64,000 nucleotides of DNA from an uncultured delta proteobacterium. Lineage in GTDB: Bacteria > Desulfobacterota > Binatia > JACPRU01. The stretch covers positions 52,961 to 116,960 of the forward strand of contig CAVUWD010000012.1 of the NCBI GenBank assembly GCA_963745025.1, given 5' to 3'. Positions within the stretch are counted from its first letter, which is position 1; every line of letters begins with the position of its first letter. The notes beneath the pieces were generated by a model. The model did no database searches. It saw nothing but the letters and a program-made list of their open reading frames with translations, and was not told the origin of the DNA. A program made the translations under genes and the position numbers. Below are positions 38,980 to 48,867 of the stretch, piece after piece.

Positions 38980-41067
38980 ATGCCAACCAAATACCGACTT
39001 GGAATCGATGCCGGTGGGACGTTCACCGACTTCGTGCTGGCAGACACTCGAGGTAACGTCCGGCTATTCAAGGCAACTTCCACACCCGAGGACGGCACGG
39101 TTGCAATCTCCGACGGCTTGCAGCAGATGGCTGAAGCGCTCCACATTTCGGTCGGCAACATCACGAGGAACGCGGATCTATGCGTGAACGGGACCACGGT
39201 CGCGCTCAATGCCCTGATTCAGCACAAGGGCGTGAAGACCGGCCTCGTCTGCACGGCAGGCCACGAGGATTCCATCGAAATCCGCCTTGGTCACAAGGAA
39301 GAGGGTTATCGCTACGATGCGAAATTTCCTCCTGCGAAGATGCTCGCCGAGCGCTACCTGCGCCGGGGCGTGCGCGAGCGCGTCCTCTCCGACGGCACCG
39401 TACACACGCCGCTTAACGAGGACGACGTGCGGGCCGCCTGCGAGTTCTTCAGACGCGAAGGCGTGGAGGCAGTGGCCGTTTCGTTCGTGTGGTCCGTGGC
39501 CAATGATGCCCATGAGCGTCGGGCGGCCGAGATCGTGCGTGAGATGATGCCCGATGCATACGTCTCGGTCGGAGTGGAGGTGTTTCCGCAGATGCGTGAA
39601 TACACCCGCACGTCGACGGCGGTCGTGAACGCCTACCTCGGACCGGTGCTTGAAAAATACGTGGGGCGAATCGACCAGTTCTTCGTCGACAAGGGTGTCA
39701 CCGCACCGGTGCGATACTTCCAGTCGAACGGCGGGATGGCGTCGCGGGCCAACATGATCTCGCGCGCCGTCAGCGCCATTAACTCCGGCCCCGCCTCGGC
39801 GCCGCGCGCCGGGATGTTCTTCGCAAGGCCCCTGGGCTTCGACAACGTCATCACGGTCGATATGGGAGGCACGTCGTTCGACATCACTCTCACCAGGAAC
39901 GGCAAGACCAACGTCAGCAAGAACATCGACTTCCTGCGCTATCGTGTCGGTACGCCGATGATCCAGGTGGAGACCCTCGGTGCCGGCGGCGGCTCGATTG
40001 CCTGGATTGATTCGATGGGGCTTCTCAAGGTCGGGCCCCAAAGCGCAGGCGCTCATCCCGGGCCGGTCTGTTACAAGCGTGGTGGCACCGAACCGACGGT
40101 GACCGACGCCAACGTCGCGCTGGGGTACCTGAATCCCGACTACCTCCTTGGCGGCCGGCTCCCGATCGACGGCGCAGCGGCGCGGCGCGCGATCGCCGAC
40201 AAGGTGGCGCGGCCGCTCGGCCTGTCGCTCGACAAGGCGGCCTACGGGGTCTTCAACATCGTCAACAACAACATGGTCCACGGCATCCGCCGGGTTTCGA
40301 TCGAGCGCGGCTACGACCCACGCGACTTCGTGCTGGTTGCCGCCGGCGGTGCTACCGGCCTGCATATAACCGCGCTTGCCCGCGAGATTGGCGTCCGGAC
40401 GGTCCTGGTGCCGAAGCTGGCCTCGGGCCTGTGCGCGTTCGGCCAGATTATCTCCGACGTCAAATACGACTACATGGCGGCCTGCCCGATGCGTATCGAC
40501 GAGTACACCAGCTTCGACCGCATCGAGGGCTTGTTCCGCGAACTCGAAGCATCCGCGATGGCCGAACTCGGCAAAGAAGGCTTCACGCGCGACCGGATCA
40601 AAATCCATCGCAGCCTGGACATGCGCTACGTCGGCCAGGTGCACGAATGCTCGGTGGATATCGGCGGCTTGTCCGTCACCAGGGAAAGCATCGGGCAAAT
40701 CCGCGCTGCGTTCGATGAGCGCCACAAGCAGCTCTACACCTATGACGAGCCGGAGAGTTTGGTTGAGCTGGTCAACCTCGAGAGTACGGTATACGGCGAG
40801 GTGAGCGCGGTCGCGCCGATGCGCATCGCCGAAGCCAAGGGCGATCCGGACGCGGCGGTAAGGACCTGCCGCAAGATGATCTTTGCCAACGGCAGCGGCA
40901 TCGAGGCAGTCGAATCGCCGGTCTGGGACGGAGACAAGCTCGGCACCGGCGATATTTTGACCGGCCCCGGAGTTATCGAGGAAGTCACCACATCGATAGT
41001 CATCGAGCCCAACTGGGAAGCCAAACTGCAGGAGACCGGCGTCTATATCCTGCGGTATTTGGTGTAG
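38980..41067 (+). CDS. capA: ATP-dependent lactamase subunit A (caprolactamase CapA / OplA-like, hydantoinase A family)
   Basis: YRLGIDAGGTFTDF, IRLGHKEEG, NSGPASAP, DMGGTSFD, DFLRYRVG. Confidence 0.82.
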   Translation: MPTKYRLGIDAGGTFTDFVLADTRGNVRLFKATSTPEDGTVAISDGLQQMAEALHISVGNITRNADLCVNGTTVALNALIQHKGVKTGLVCTAGHEDSIEIRLGHKEEGYRYDAKFPPAKMLAERYLRRGVRERVLSDGTVHTPLNEDDVRAACEFFRREGVEAVAVSFVWSVANDAHERRAAEIVREMMPDAYVSVGVEVFPQMREYTRTSTAVVNAYLGPVLEKYVGRIDQFFVDKGVTAPVRYFQSNGGMASRANMISRAVSAINSGPASAPRAGMFFARPLGFDNVITVDMGGTSFDITLTRNGKTNVSKNIDFLRYRVGTPMIQVETLGAGGGSIAWIDSMGLLKVGPQSAGAHPGPVCYKRGGTEPTVTDANVALGYLNPDYLLGGRLPIDGAAARRAIADKVARPLGLSLDKAAYGVFNIVNNNMVHGIRRVSIERGYDPRDFVLVAAGGATGLHITALAREIGVRTVLVPKLASGLCAFGQIISDVKYDYMAACPMRIDEYTSFDRIEGLFRELEASAMAELGKEGFTRDRIKIHRSLDMRYVGQVHECSVDIGGLSVTRESIGQIRAAFDERHKQLYTYDEPESLVELVNLESTVYGEVSAVAPMRIAEAKGDPDAAVRTCRKMIFANGSGIEAVESPVWDGDKLGTGDILTGPGVIEEVTTSIVIEPNWEAKLQETGVYILRYLV

Positions 41068-41109
41068 TTGTTTGCGGACGTTGCGATCTCGCTTCCGTAG
41101 CTGCTCGTA

Positions 41110-41260
41110 CAGCGTCCCGCGGGAGGCCAAGGCACGGGTCACATCGGTCGTGGCTGCCAAGTACAACCGGCCGCCGACGTTCATCTACGGCGGGCTGACG
41201 CAGCACATGGGAATCACGGGCAACTTCTACAGAGCCGAGAAGTACCACCAGCGTTACTGT
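41110..41260 (+). pseudogene. Possible C-terminal remnant of methionine sulfoxide reductase MsrA
   Basis: NFYRAEKYHQRY resembles the MsrA FYxAEEYHQxY motif; no GCFW motif nearby. Confidence 0.45.
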
Positions 41261-41384
41261 GGGCCACTCCGCGTGGCCGAGTTCCGCCTCGGGGCGTTTC
41301 TCACCGTGCGCAGTCGCTGTGAAGCTCAGCGGCTGGTCGCCTCCGCGCGGTGAGGTTAAGGAAACGGCCAACGAGCAGCCATTG

Positions 41385-42626
41385 ATGCGTAACATCGATC
41401 TCGATTTCGTCCGTGCCCAGTTCCCTGCCTTCGCCGAACCCTCGCTCGAGCGCCAAGCGTTCTTCGAGAACGCCGGCGGCTCGTACGCATGCCGGCCCGT
41501 GATCGAACGCCTGAACGAGTACTACCGTCGCCTGAAGGTCCAGCCATACTACGGCTATCCCGCCTCGCTCGAAGCGGGTGAATGGATGGATGCGGCGCGC
41601 GTGCGTCTCGCCGAGTACCTGAACGTGACGCCCGAAGAAGTGCACTTCGGTCCTTCCACCTCGCAGAACACCTACGTGCTCGCCCAGGCCTTTCGCAAAC
41701 TGCTGCGGCCGGGCGACGAGATCATCGTCAGCAACCAGGACCACGAGGCCCACAGCGGCGTGTGGCGGCGCCTGGCCGCGGATGGTGTTGCGGTCAAGGA
41801 GTGGCGCGTCGATCGCGAGAGCGGCGCGCTCGATCCCGTGGACCTCGATGCTTTACTCAGCGAGCGCACGCGGCTGCTGGCTCTTTCGCACTGCTCCAAT
41901 GTCGTCGCCCACCTCAACCCAGTGACAGAGATCACCCGCAAGGCACGCGCCGCCGGCGCCGTCACGGTGGTGGATGGCGTTTCGTACGCGCCCCACGGGC
42001 TACCCGACGTCGACGCGCTCGGCGCCGACCTCTACCTGTTTTCGCTATACAAGACCTTCGGGCCGCATCAGGGCCTGATGGTGGTGCGCAAACCAGTGCT
42101 CGAAACGCTCGGCAACGAAGGGCACTACTTCAACGCGGCCTACGGCCACAAGCGCCTCGTTCCTGCCGGCCCCGATCATGCGCAGGTGGCGGCCGCGCGC
42201 GGCGTGGCCGAATACTTCGACGCGCTCGATGCTCACCATGAGGCTTCCGCGACGGCCGCGGGCCGGCCGCAACGCATCCGACGATTGCTGCGCGATGCGG
42301 AGCGGCCCCTGCTCGCGCGGCTGCTCGATTACCTCGCGGCGCACAAGGGCGTGCGCCTGTTGGGATCGGCCGACCCGGAGCAGCGCGCCGCCACCGTCGC
42401 TCTCGTGCCGCTGCGGCGCGCGCCGGCCGAGCTCGTTCCGGCGCTGGCCGAGCGCGGCATCATGGCCGGCGCAGGTCACTTCTACGCAGTGCGGCTGCTG
42501 GAGGCGATGCGTGTCGATCCGAATCGCGGCGTGCTGCGCCTATCCTTCGTGCACTACACCTCGTCCGAAGACATCACTCGCTTGATCGAAGCGCTGGATG
42601 CCGCACTCGCATGCCCGGGACCATGA
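41385..42626 (+). CDS. Class V PLP-dependent aminotransferase (cysteine desulfurase-like, lacking the catalytic Cys loop)
   Basis: VRAQFPAF, FFENAGGS, DHEAH, VDGVSYAPH, SLYKTFGPH, GHFYA, RLSFVHY. Confidence 0.88.
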   Translation: MRNIDLDFVRAQFPAFAEPSLERQAFFENAGGSYACRPVIERLNEYYRRLKVQPYYGYPASLEAGEWMDAARVRLAEYLNVTPEEVHFGPSTSQNTYVLAQAFRKLLRPGDEIIVSNQDHEAHSGVWRRLAADGVAVKEWRVDRESGALDPVDLDALLSERTRLLALSHCSNVVAHLNPVTEITRKARAAGAVTVVDGVSYAPHGLPDVDALGADLYLFSLYKTFGPHQGLMVVRKPVLETLGNEGHYFNAAYGHKRLVPAGPDHAQVAAARGVAEYFDALDAHHEASATAAGRPQRIRRLLRDAERPLLARLLDYLAAHKGVRLLGSADPEQRAATVALVPLRRAPAELVPALAERGIMAGAGHFYAVRLLEAMRVDPNRGVLRLSFVHYTSSEDITRLIEALDAALACPGP

Positions 42627-42764
42627 ACCTGACGCTACCGTGCAGGAAGAGAGCCGAGCGCGAAGCGGAACGAACGATGCAGCCAGGCCCAGCGCCGAAG
42701 TCATTCTCGGGGAGACGGCGACATCGGCGAGATGCTAAAGGTGAAGCTAGGCAGGAGTCCGGCG

Positions 42765-43394
42765 ATGCCACAGCTGAGAAGCCTATCGCCCCCCAGGAGG
42801 TACGTACTTGGATTCGTCCTTCTTTCGCTCCTAGACGCGCGGAGTCGGCCAGTCAGTTCCGGTGTTGCGGTGACCAATGACTACTCACAGTTCGAGCGAT
42901 TTGAGTTCCGCCAGAAGAGTGGGTTCGGATTTTGTCCCCTTGAAGGGGCACCGTACAAGGCGACGATCGTTCGACGCCCAGCGGGCAGCTATTCATTCGG
43001 CGAGTCCGTTCTCGAAGAGAAAGTAATGAAGTCTGCAGACTGTATTCCCCTTGTGCGTAGCGACACATGCTTGGTGGAGCGACAGCTGCCGAGTCGAGAG
43101 CTGGCGCCCGAGGAGGTCAGTCGGTTAAAGGCCGTGTTCTCACGGATCGTTGTCCGAACGTCACCGGACGCAAAGTGCCAAGGGCAGCTCGTGATCGACT
43201 ATTGCCGAACGATTCGTTGTCGGTGGGATGATCACCTTCACAACGACACCGAATGTGAGAGAGACTCGTTGCCAAAGAGCCAGATCGATCAACTTCTCGT
43301 GCTGCTCGAAGAACTTCACCGCAGAGGAGTCGCGGACCGTGAGAAGTCGCCTACCGGCAAAGCTACGCTTGATGAGTTGCCGATGCCAAGCTAA
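42765..43394 (+). CDS. Hypothetical secreted Cys-rich protein
   Basis: AGGAG RBS; N-terminal hydrophobic stretch; 7 Cys; AT-richer codons than neighbours. Confidence 0.55.
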   Translation: MPQLRSLSPPRRYVLGFVLLSLLDARSRPVSSGVAVTNDYSQFERFEFRQKSGFGFCPLEGAPYKATIVRRPAGSYSFGESVLEEKVMKSADCIPLVRSDTCLVERQLPSRELAPEEVSRLKAVFSRIVVRTSPDAKCQGQLVIDYCRTIRCRWDDHLHNDTECERDSLPKSQIDQLLVLLEELHRRGVADREKSPTGKATLDELPMPS

Positions 43395-43411
43395 CCCCGA
43401 ACGGAGGATGC

Positions 43412-43672
43412 ATGACCCGACGAGCAATCAAGAGCTACGTGATCGGCTGGGAACCCGCCCGCCGTAGGCCGCTTGCCAGCATACAGCTGGAGGACGGTAG
43501 TCATCATGCCCTCAAGGTAGGGACAGCCGCTGAGCTTGCGGCCCTTGCGGCAATTCTCAGGGAATCGCCAGTCTTTCTCTATGAGAATGGTCTGATCGTG
43601 AGCGGCTGGGAGCAAGTCAAACCAAAGAGGCCCTCGAAGCAGCGACGCCCCGTGCGGCCGACGGCCCAGTGA
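43412..43672 (+). CDS. Hypothetical protein (86 aa)
   Basis: GGAGG RBS; followed by a terminator-like hairpin. Confidence 0.6.
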   Translation: MTRRAIKSYVIGWEPARRRPLASIQLEDGSHHALKVGTAAELAALAAILRESPVFLYENGLIVSGWEQVKPKRPSKQRRPVRPTAQ

Positions 43673-43690
43673 AGGCTCGAAAGCCTCGAC

Positions 43691-43726
43691 GAGGGCCGAG
43701 ACGCGGCCTCCCTTTGTTTTTCTTTT
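43691..43726 (+). terminator. Rho-independent terminator
   Basis: ggccg-agacg-cggcc hairpin followed by tccctttgtttttctttt. Confidence 0.55.
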
Positions 43727-43768
43727 GGCCGGCGCTGTGGGACGATCTGCGGCGGTGGAGGAGAACCA

Positions 43769-44662
43769 ATGTCGCGTGAGATCCGCAACGTCGCATTCCT
43801 CGGCCTCGGCAAGATGGGCTCGCCGATGGCGGCCAACATCGCCAAAGCAGGCTTCGAGCTGACCGTCTACAATCGGACGCCCGAGAAGATGCAGCCGTTT
43901 CTCGCTCGCGGCGCCCGAGCCGCAAACAGCCCTCGCGATGCAGCCCGGCGCGCGGACGTAGTGGTGACGAACCTGATGGACGACGCGTCGGTGCGCGCCG
44001 TCGTCAGTGGTGCCGAGGGTATCATCGCAGGCCTCCCAGCCGGTGCGATCCACATCGGCACGACCACCAACTCGCCCGCCTTGGCCGCAGAGCTGACGAC
44101 CCTCCACCGCGACCACGGCAGTCACTACGTCGCTGCGCCGGTGCTCGGGCGGCCGGATGCCGCCGCCGAAAAACGCCTCGTCGGCCTGGTAGCAGGCGAT
44201 CATGAGATCGTCGAGCGCTGTCGGCCGCTTCTCGCCTCCTTCACCGCAACACTGACCTATCTCGGCCCCGAACCGCGCGTTGCCAACAGCGCCAAGCTCG
44301 CGCTCAACTATTTCATCATATTGCTGATCGACCTGATGGGAGAGGTGTACGCTTGGGCGGAAAAGAGCGGCATCTCGACCGAGGTCATGGGCGGCTTCTT
44401 CCGGGCCTTTCTCGGGCATCCCGGCCTCCAGGCGTATGCCGCCAAGATCCGCGCTCGCGACTTCGCCGACGCGGGCTTCGAGCTCAGCGGCGGACTAAAG
44501 GACCTCGACCTCATGCTCGCGGCGGCCGAGGAGATCGCGATGCCGCTTCCCCACGCGGCCATGCTCCGGGACAAGTTCGCCGAGGCGCTGCGACGCGGCA
44601 TGGAGCACCAGGACTGGAGCGCAATCACCGAGGTGACGCGAGCGCGGGCGGGAATTCCTTGA
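43769..44662 (+). CDS. NAD(P)-dependent beta-hydroxyacid dehydrogenase family oxidoreductase
   Basis: FLGLGKMGSPMA, YNRT, APVLGRP, AKLALN, KDLDL. Confidence 0.92.
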   Translation: MSREIRNVAFLGLGKMGSPMAANIAKAGFELTVYNRTPEKMQPFLARGARAANSPRDAARRADVVVTNLMDDASVRAVVSGAEGIIAGLPAGAIHIGTTTNSPALAAELTTLHRDHGSHYVAAPVLGRPDAAAEKRLVGLVAGDHEIVERCRPLLASFTATLTYLGPEPRVANSAKLALNYFIILLIDLMGEVYAWAEKSGISTEVMGGFFRAFLGHPGLQAYAAKIRARDFADAGFELSGGLKDLDLMLAAAEEIAMPLPHAAMLRDKFAEALRRGMEHQDWSAITEVTRARAGIP

Positions 44663-44873
44663 CCCTTTTCGTCATGTCCGTCCGCTCGTCGAGCGGACGG
44701 ACGCGCTTTCCATGCGCGCGGTCAGGCGACGCAGATCTTCCCGTCGCGTTCGTGTAGTCAGGAACAGGAAGAAGCTCGTGGCGGCGAAGTCGGGTGCGGG
44801 CTCGGCACGCTCCACGGGTCCGAGTATCTTCGCTTCAAGGTTTTAGGCGCCGTAGGTTTGGCTGCCTCCTCGG

Positions 44874-45278
44874 TCAGTACTTCGAGACGATGTAGTCGAT
44901 CGCAGGCTTGAACGCTTCCCGCCACAACCTCTCGGTTTCGGCACTATACCGACTGTCGCAGCTCTTGACCGTTCGAAGGAGCGAATCGAGCCAGAGGTCA
45001 TAGAGGTGAGGCCGAATGTCCGCCTTGGCTCGGCTGTGGCTGATCGCGGTAGGCTCGAGCACGGAGAAGTCGTTGGTCTTGTGCACGACGGCGTCCATGA
45101 CCAACAGGAAGGAAAGCCGGAGCGCCATCTTCTGGCGGGCGAAGTCCGTCCGCTGAAATTTCTGTTGGACCTCGACCGACGAGTTCAGGAAGTCGTCGTA
45201 GAAGAGATCGAAGAAACGTCGGTGGATCATGCAACGCTGGAACGAGGCGTGGAAGTCTCTGATCTGTGTCTCCGTCAT
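44874..45278 (-). CDS. Single-domain globin
   Basis: FFDLFYDDF, KFQRTDFARQK, proximal His in ISHSR, LYDLWLDSLL. Confidence 0.85.
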   Translation of the reverse strand: MTETQIRDFHASFQRCMIHRRFFDLFYDDFLNSSVEVQQKFQRTDFARQKMALRLSFLLVMDAVVHKTNDFSVLEPTAISHSRAKADIRPHLYDLWLDSLLRTVKSCDSRYSAETERLWREAFKPAIDYIVSKY

Positions 45279-45362
45279 GCCCTCACTCTTGTCCAAATTT
45301 AGCTCTTGAAACGGGGTGCGCCTGCTCGGTTAGAAGTGGGGAGTCAGCACACAGCCGCCTCA

Positions 45363-46436
45363 CTACACGAGCCCCTGCTCGCTCAGCTCGCCCTTCACGT
45401 AAGCGTAGATGATCGGCGCAACGACCAGGCCTGGAATTCCGAAGAGGCTCTCCATCAGCAACATCGCAATCAGGAGCTCCCAGGCCCGCGCTTTGATCTG
45501 GCCTGCGACGAGGCGTGCGTTGACGAAATACTCGAGCTTGTGAATCACGACGAGGAATATGAGGGAACAGATCGCGACCCGTACCGAATGGTTCAGGCTG
45601 ATCACGACGATGATCGTATTCGTGATCAAGTTCCCGACGATTGGGACCAGGCCGACCACGAAAGTCGCGAGGATCATGGTCTTGACGAAGGGTAGCCCGA
45701 TCCCGAACAGCGGTAGCCCGACGAAGAGATACAGACCGGTCAGGAACGTGTTCCCGGCTGAGATGCGGGTTTGGGCGAAGACGACGTACCGGAATGCATC
45801 GCTGAAGCGACGCACTTGGGTAGTCAGCGCGCGCGCGAGCGGTGCCGTGACGGCCGGCGACGATTCGCTGCGCAGCGAGACCAGAGCTCCCAACACCATG
45901 CCGATCAGCGCGTGCATCAGGGCGGTGCCGGCCTCGCCACCGATCCTCGTGATCTCGGTTGCATGCTCTCGGAGCCACTGCGCACTCCACTCCTTCAGGG
46001 CATCGGCGTCGCCTTTCGGCGACCAGGCCCGAATCCAGCGTGGCAGCAGCGCGCGGGAGCTTTCGACGGTCTCGGCCATCTTCTGGAGGAGCGCCGAAAA
46101 GCCGCCGCCCTCGCTGCGCATCTCGGAGATGGCTGCAGCGCTGGCGGCGATCGTTACGCCGACCACCAACAACGTGAGCAAGGCGACCGCGACGAGTCGG
46201 GCATTGGCGGCGGAGATCCTGCGGCCGACGACGCGAGGCGCGAGGGTATGGACGATCTCGAAGATCAACAGGCCGGATAGGAGAGTCGGGATCAAGTGAA
46301 GCGAGAGCGCTGCTACGATCAACGCTGCCATGATCGCATACGCCGCCCAATCGTAGCGGGTCTGGTTGTCGGGCGTGACCCCCGCGCGGCTTTCCCTCTG
46401 CTCCCGCGCTATCCGGGAAAGGATCGGGTCATTCAT
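45363..46436 (-). CDS. AI-2E family transporter
   Basis: Multi-TM; VVFAQTRIS, GLVPIVGNL, HKLEYFVNAR. Start uncertain: an in-frame GTG at 46616 would add a disordered 60-aa extension. Confidence 0.85.
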   Translation of the reverse strand: MNDPILSRIAREQRESRAGVTPDNQTRYDWAAYAIMAALIVAALSLHLIPTLLSGLLIFEIVHTLAPRVVGRRISAANARLVAVALLTLLVVGVTIAASAAAISEMRSEGGGFSALLQKMAETVESSRALLPRWIRAWSPKGDADALKEWSAQWLREHATEITRIGGEAGTALMHALIGMVLGALVSLRSESSPAVTAPLARALTTQVRRFSDAFRYVVFAQTRISAGNTFLTGLYLFVGLPLFGIGLPFVKTMILATFVVGLVPIVGNLITNTIIVVISLNHSVRVAICSLIFLVVIHKLEYFVNARLVAGQIKARAWELLIAMLLMESLFGIPGLVVAPIIYAYVKGELSEQGLV

Positions 46437-46645
46437 CGATTCGTGGTCCGAATTCACCGCGTCCGCTGCCACCGGCCAGCCGGTGATTCGCTTCTTTGCG
46501 TGTTGCGAAGATCCTGTCCAGTCAGGCAACTCTTCGGAGATCTCGTCGGGCGTCAGTGAAGGGTCCGGAGGAAGTCGACGAGTATGCGATTGGTCTCCGC
46601 CGGCATGCTGCGACACCTCTTTTGTAGCCCTACCGGCGGCTTCAC

Positions 46646-48466
46646 TCACCTCGGAGGGCGGCGTGCCTCGCGAAACCACTGGCGATACGCCGCCATGCGC
46701 GCTCGTTGCTCCGCGGGGGCCTGGCGCCGGCAGGGTGCGTACTCGTCCGTGCCTTCGGCGGCGCCCCAGCGGATCTCGACGCAGTCGTTCGGATTGTACG
46801 TCATCTCGAAGGCCGCCTTGCGCGCCAGGATGTCGGCGACCGTGAGCGTCCACGGACTTCCGTCGCTGCGGCCGTAGACGATCGTCCGCTCGCGCACGCG
46901 CCGCGCGTGGAGTGCCTCCACCTCGGCACGCGCCTCCTCCGCGGAGCGGCCGCTCAGTACATAGAGTTCGGGGTGACGGACCATGCGATTGGGCAAGCCC
47001 GTGAGCACGTTCATCGCGATGATCAGCCGCATGTCGCGTGACGGCGTCGAGTAGTCCTCCCACGGCCCGACGGTCTCGAAGATGCGCGCGCCCTGCGGCA
47101 TCGGTACCGGCGGGTTCGGATGCGCGCTCATGTAGCGCTCGCCGTTGTCGACCGAGCCGACGCGCGTCTGCAACTGCTCGACCAGCGCGTCGAGCATGTC
47201 CTCGTACGCACGCACGGGGTCGAGGCCCTGCGGATTGATGAGCGCGCCCATGCGCGCGTAGAACTCCTCCGCGGAGAGACGCGCCTGCTCGTCCGAGAAC
47301 GGCGCAAAGCGCGCGTCGTCCGCGAGCGCATCGTTCGTCAGCGGGCGAAGTCTGCCGGCTGCGTCGCGCACGATGGGCCGGAACGCCTTGAATCCCGGTC
47401 CTGCGCTCGGCGTGTCGCTCTTGAAGAGAAAGGTTCCCTCCCAGAATCGTTTGCGCCCGACCGAGTTGTCGGGTTGGGCGTCGATTGCGAGCAGCAGCCC
47501 GCCGTGCGCGGGCGTCTGCGCGACCCATTTGACGATCAGCAGCGTGTGGCCGTAGGGATCGGCGAAGATGACGCCGGGACGCAAAACGTCGTGCGCGAGC
47601 TCGACCGGATAGAAGTCGGTTGCGTCGTCGTTGAGGGCCGTACGCGCGCTCCCGGACTGCACGGTGTCCATGAGCCGGGCCGCGTAGGCCTTGAAGGCCG
47701 CGAGAGGGTCTGCACCCTGACCCGGCCGCTCCGTAATCTCGGGCGCGCCGCAGCGGGGCGAGCTACTAGCCGTCCCGCGGCTGCACGCGCGCACGCCGAC
47801 GGGTAGACCGATCTTCCACGCGAAGTAGGCGCGGAGAAAGTACGGCAGGTCGGCACAGTCGGGGGTGGCCGTGAGTGCGGTGCGGCTGCGCGCGTCGTCC
47901 TCGCCGAGTTGGAGGTGATCGTGGAGAAAGTTCCGGCGCTCGTCGCGCAGGGCGTCCTGCAGCGCGGCGAAGCCGAGTTCCTCCGACGCGGGGGCGTCGA
48001 AAAGCCGTTCGATCCACGCCGCGTAGAACGCCTCCGTGCGCCGATCCCACGCGAGGCTCGGCTCGCCGAGGCCTCGCCCGGAACGGAGGTCCGCGTCGCC
48101 GACCGCAACCATGCGGCAGGCGACCACCGCACCGCCACGGAGCACCTCGATTCGATACGTTCCCGTACGTGCGCTCGTGATCGTGGCCCCGAGACTCCAC
48201 GGCGGCCCGCCGAGGCGCACCGTTTCAGGTTCGGCTGCCTGTCCGGTGGAATCGGTAATGGCGAGTTCGGAGGCGGCCTCGGCATCCGCGACGGCGAGGA
48301 CGCGCAGCGGTCCGCCCGCAACCGGCTGGCGGGGGGAGGTCCAGACGGCAACGCCGGTTCCCTCGCGGCACGCCTCGGGAGCGTCGGACGCCGCGCGAGA
48401 AGCAACGGAGGGCAAGAGAAGAAGCGTGCTCGCCAGGATGGCGCGGCGCCAAGTCGTCGGGACCAT
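46646..48466 (-). CDS. Secreted hypothetical protein with a possible papain-like Cys-His catalytic pair
   Basis: Signal peptide; PDCADLPYFLRAYFAWK and PYGHTLLI. Confidence 0.7.
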   Translation of the reverse strand: MVPTTWRRAILASTLLLLPSVASRAASDAPEACREGTGVAVWTSPRQPVAGGPLRVLAVADAEAASELAITDSTGQAAEPETVRLGGPPWSLGATITSARTGTYRIEVLRGGAVVACRMVAVGDADLRSGRGLGEPSLAWDRRTEAFYAAWIERLFDAPASEELGFAALQDALRDERRNFLHDHLQLGEDDARSRTALTATPDCADLPYFLRAYFAWKIGLPVGVRACSRGTASSSPRCGAPEITERPGQGADPLAAFKAYAARLMDTVQSGSARTALNDDATDFYPVELAHDVLRPGVIFADPYGHTLLIVKWVAQTPAHGGLLLAIDAQPDNSVGRKRFWEGTFLFKSDTPSAGPGFKAFRPIVRDAAGRLRPLTNDALADDARFAPFSDEQARLSAEEFYARMGALINPQGLDPVRAYEDMLDALVEQLQTRVGSVDNGERYMSAHPNPPVPMPQGARIFETVGPWEDYSTPSRDMRLIIAMNVLTGLPNRMVRHPELYVLSGRSAEEARAEVEALHARRVRERTIVYGRSDGSPWTLTVADILARKAAFEMTYNPNDCVEIRWGAAEGTDEYAPCRRQAPAEQRARMAAYRQWFREARRPPR

Positions 48467-48614
48467 GCTTCGTCAAGTCTTAGCCTGCGGACACGGGTGT
48501 CGAAAACCCGTGTGCCGTGATGGGTCGAGAAATCCGCGAAATCTTACCCCAGGGGACTGGTCAACCGCTTCCCGAACTGTTTCGGTGATTCGGGCCAGCA
48601 GTGATCGAGCGCGC

Positions 48615-48845
48615 TTATCCTTCGAGCAGCTCGTCGATTCGCATGCGATCGAAGCCGATCACGAGCTCCCCGTCGACCGAGATCACGGGCGTGGTGCGGA
48701 TGCCGCGGCTCTCCAGGAAGGCGCCCGCTTCCTCGTCCATCATGACGTCGATCACCTTGAAGGCGACACCCTTCTCCCGCAGATGGCGTTTGAGCCGTTC
48801 GCAGGGCGCGCACAACGGGGTCGAATACACGGTGACGTCCTTCAT
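48615..48845 (-). CDS. Glutaredoxin-like protein (NrdH-redoxin type)
   Basis: VYSTPLCAPC, TTPVI, IGFD. Confidence 0.92.
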   Translation of the reverse strand: MKDVTVYSTPLCAPCERLKRHLREKGVAFKVIDVMMDEEAGAFLESRGIRTTPVISVDGELVIGFDRMRIDELLEG

Positions 48846-48867
48846 CGCGGTCTTCCCCGGGGCGGCC

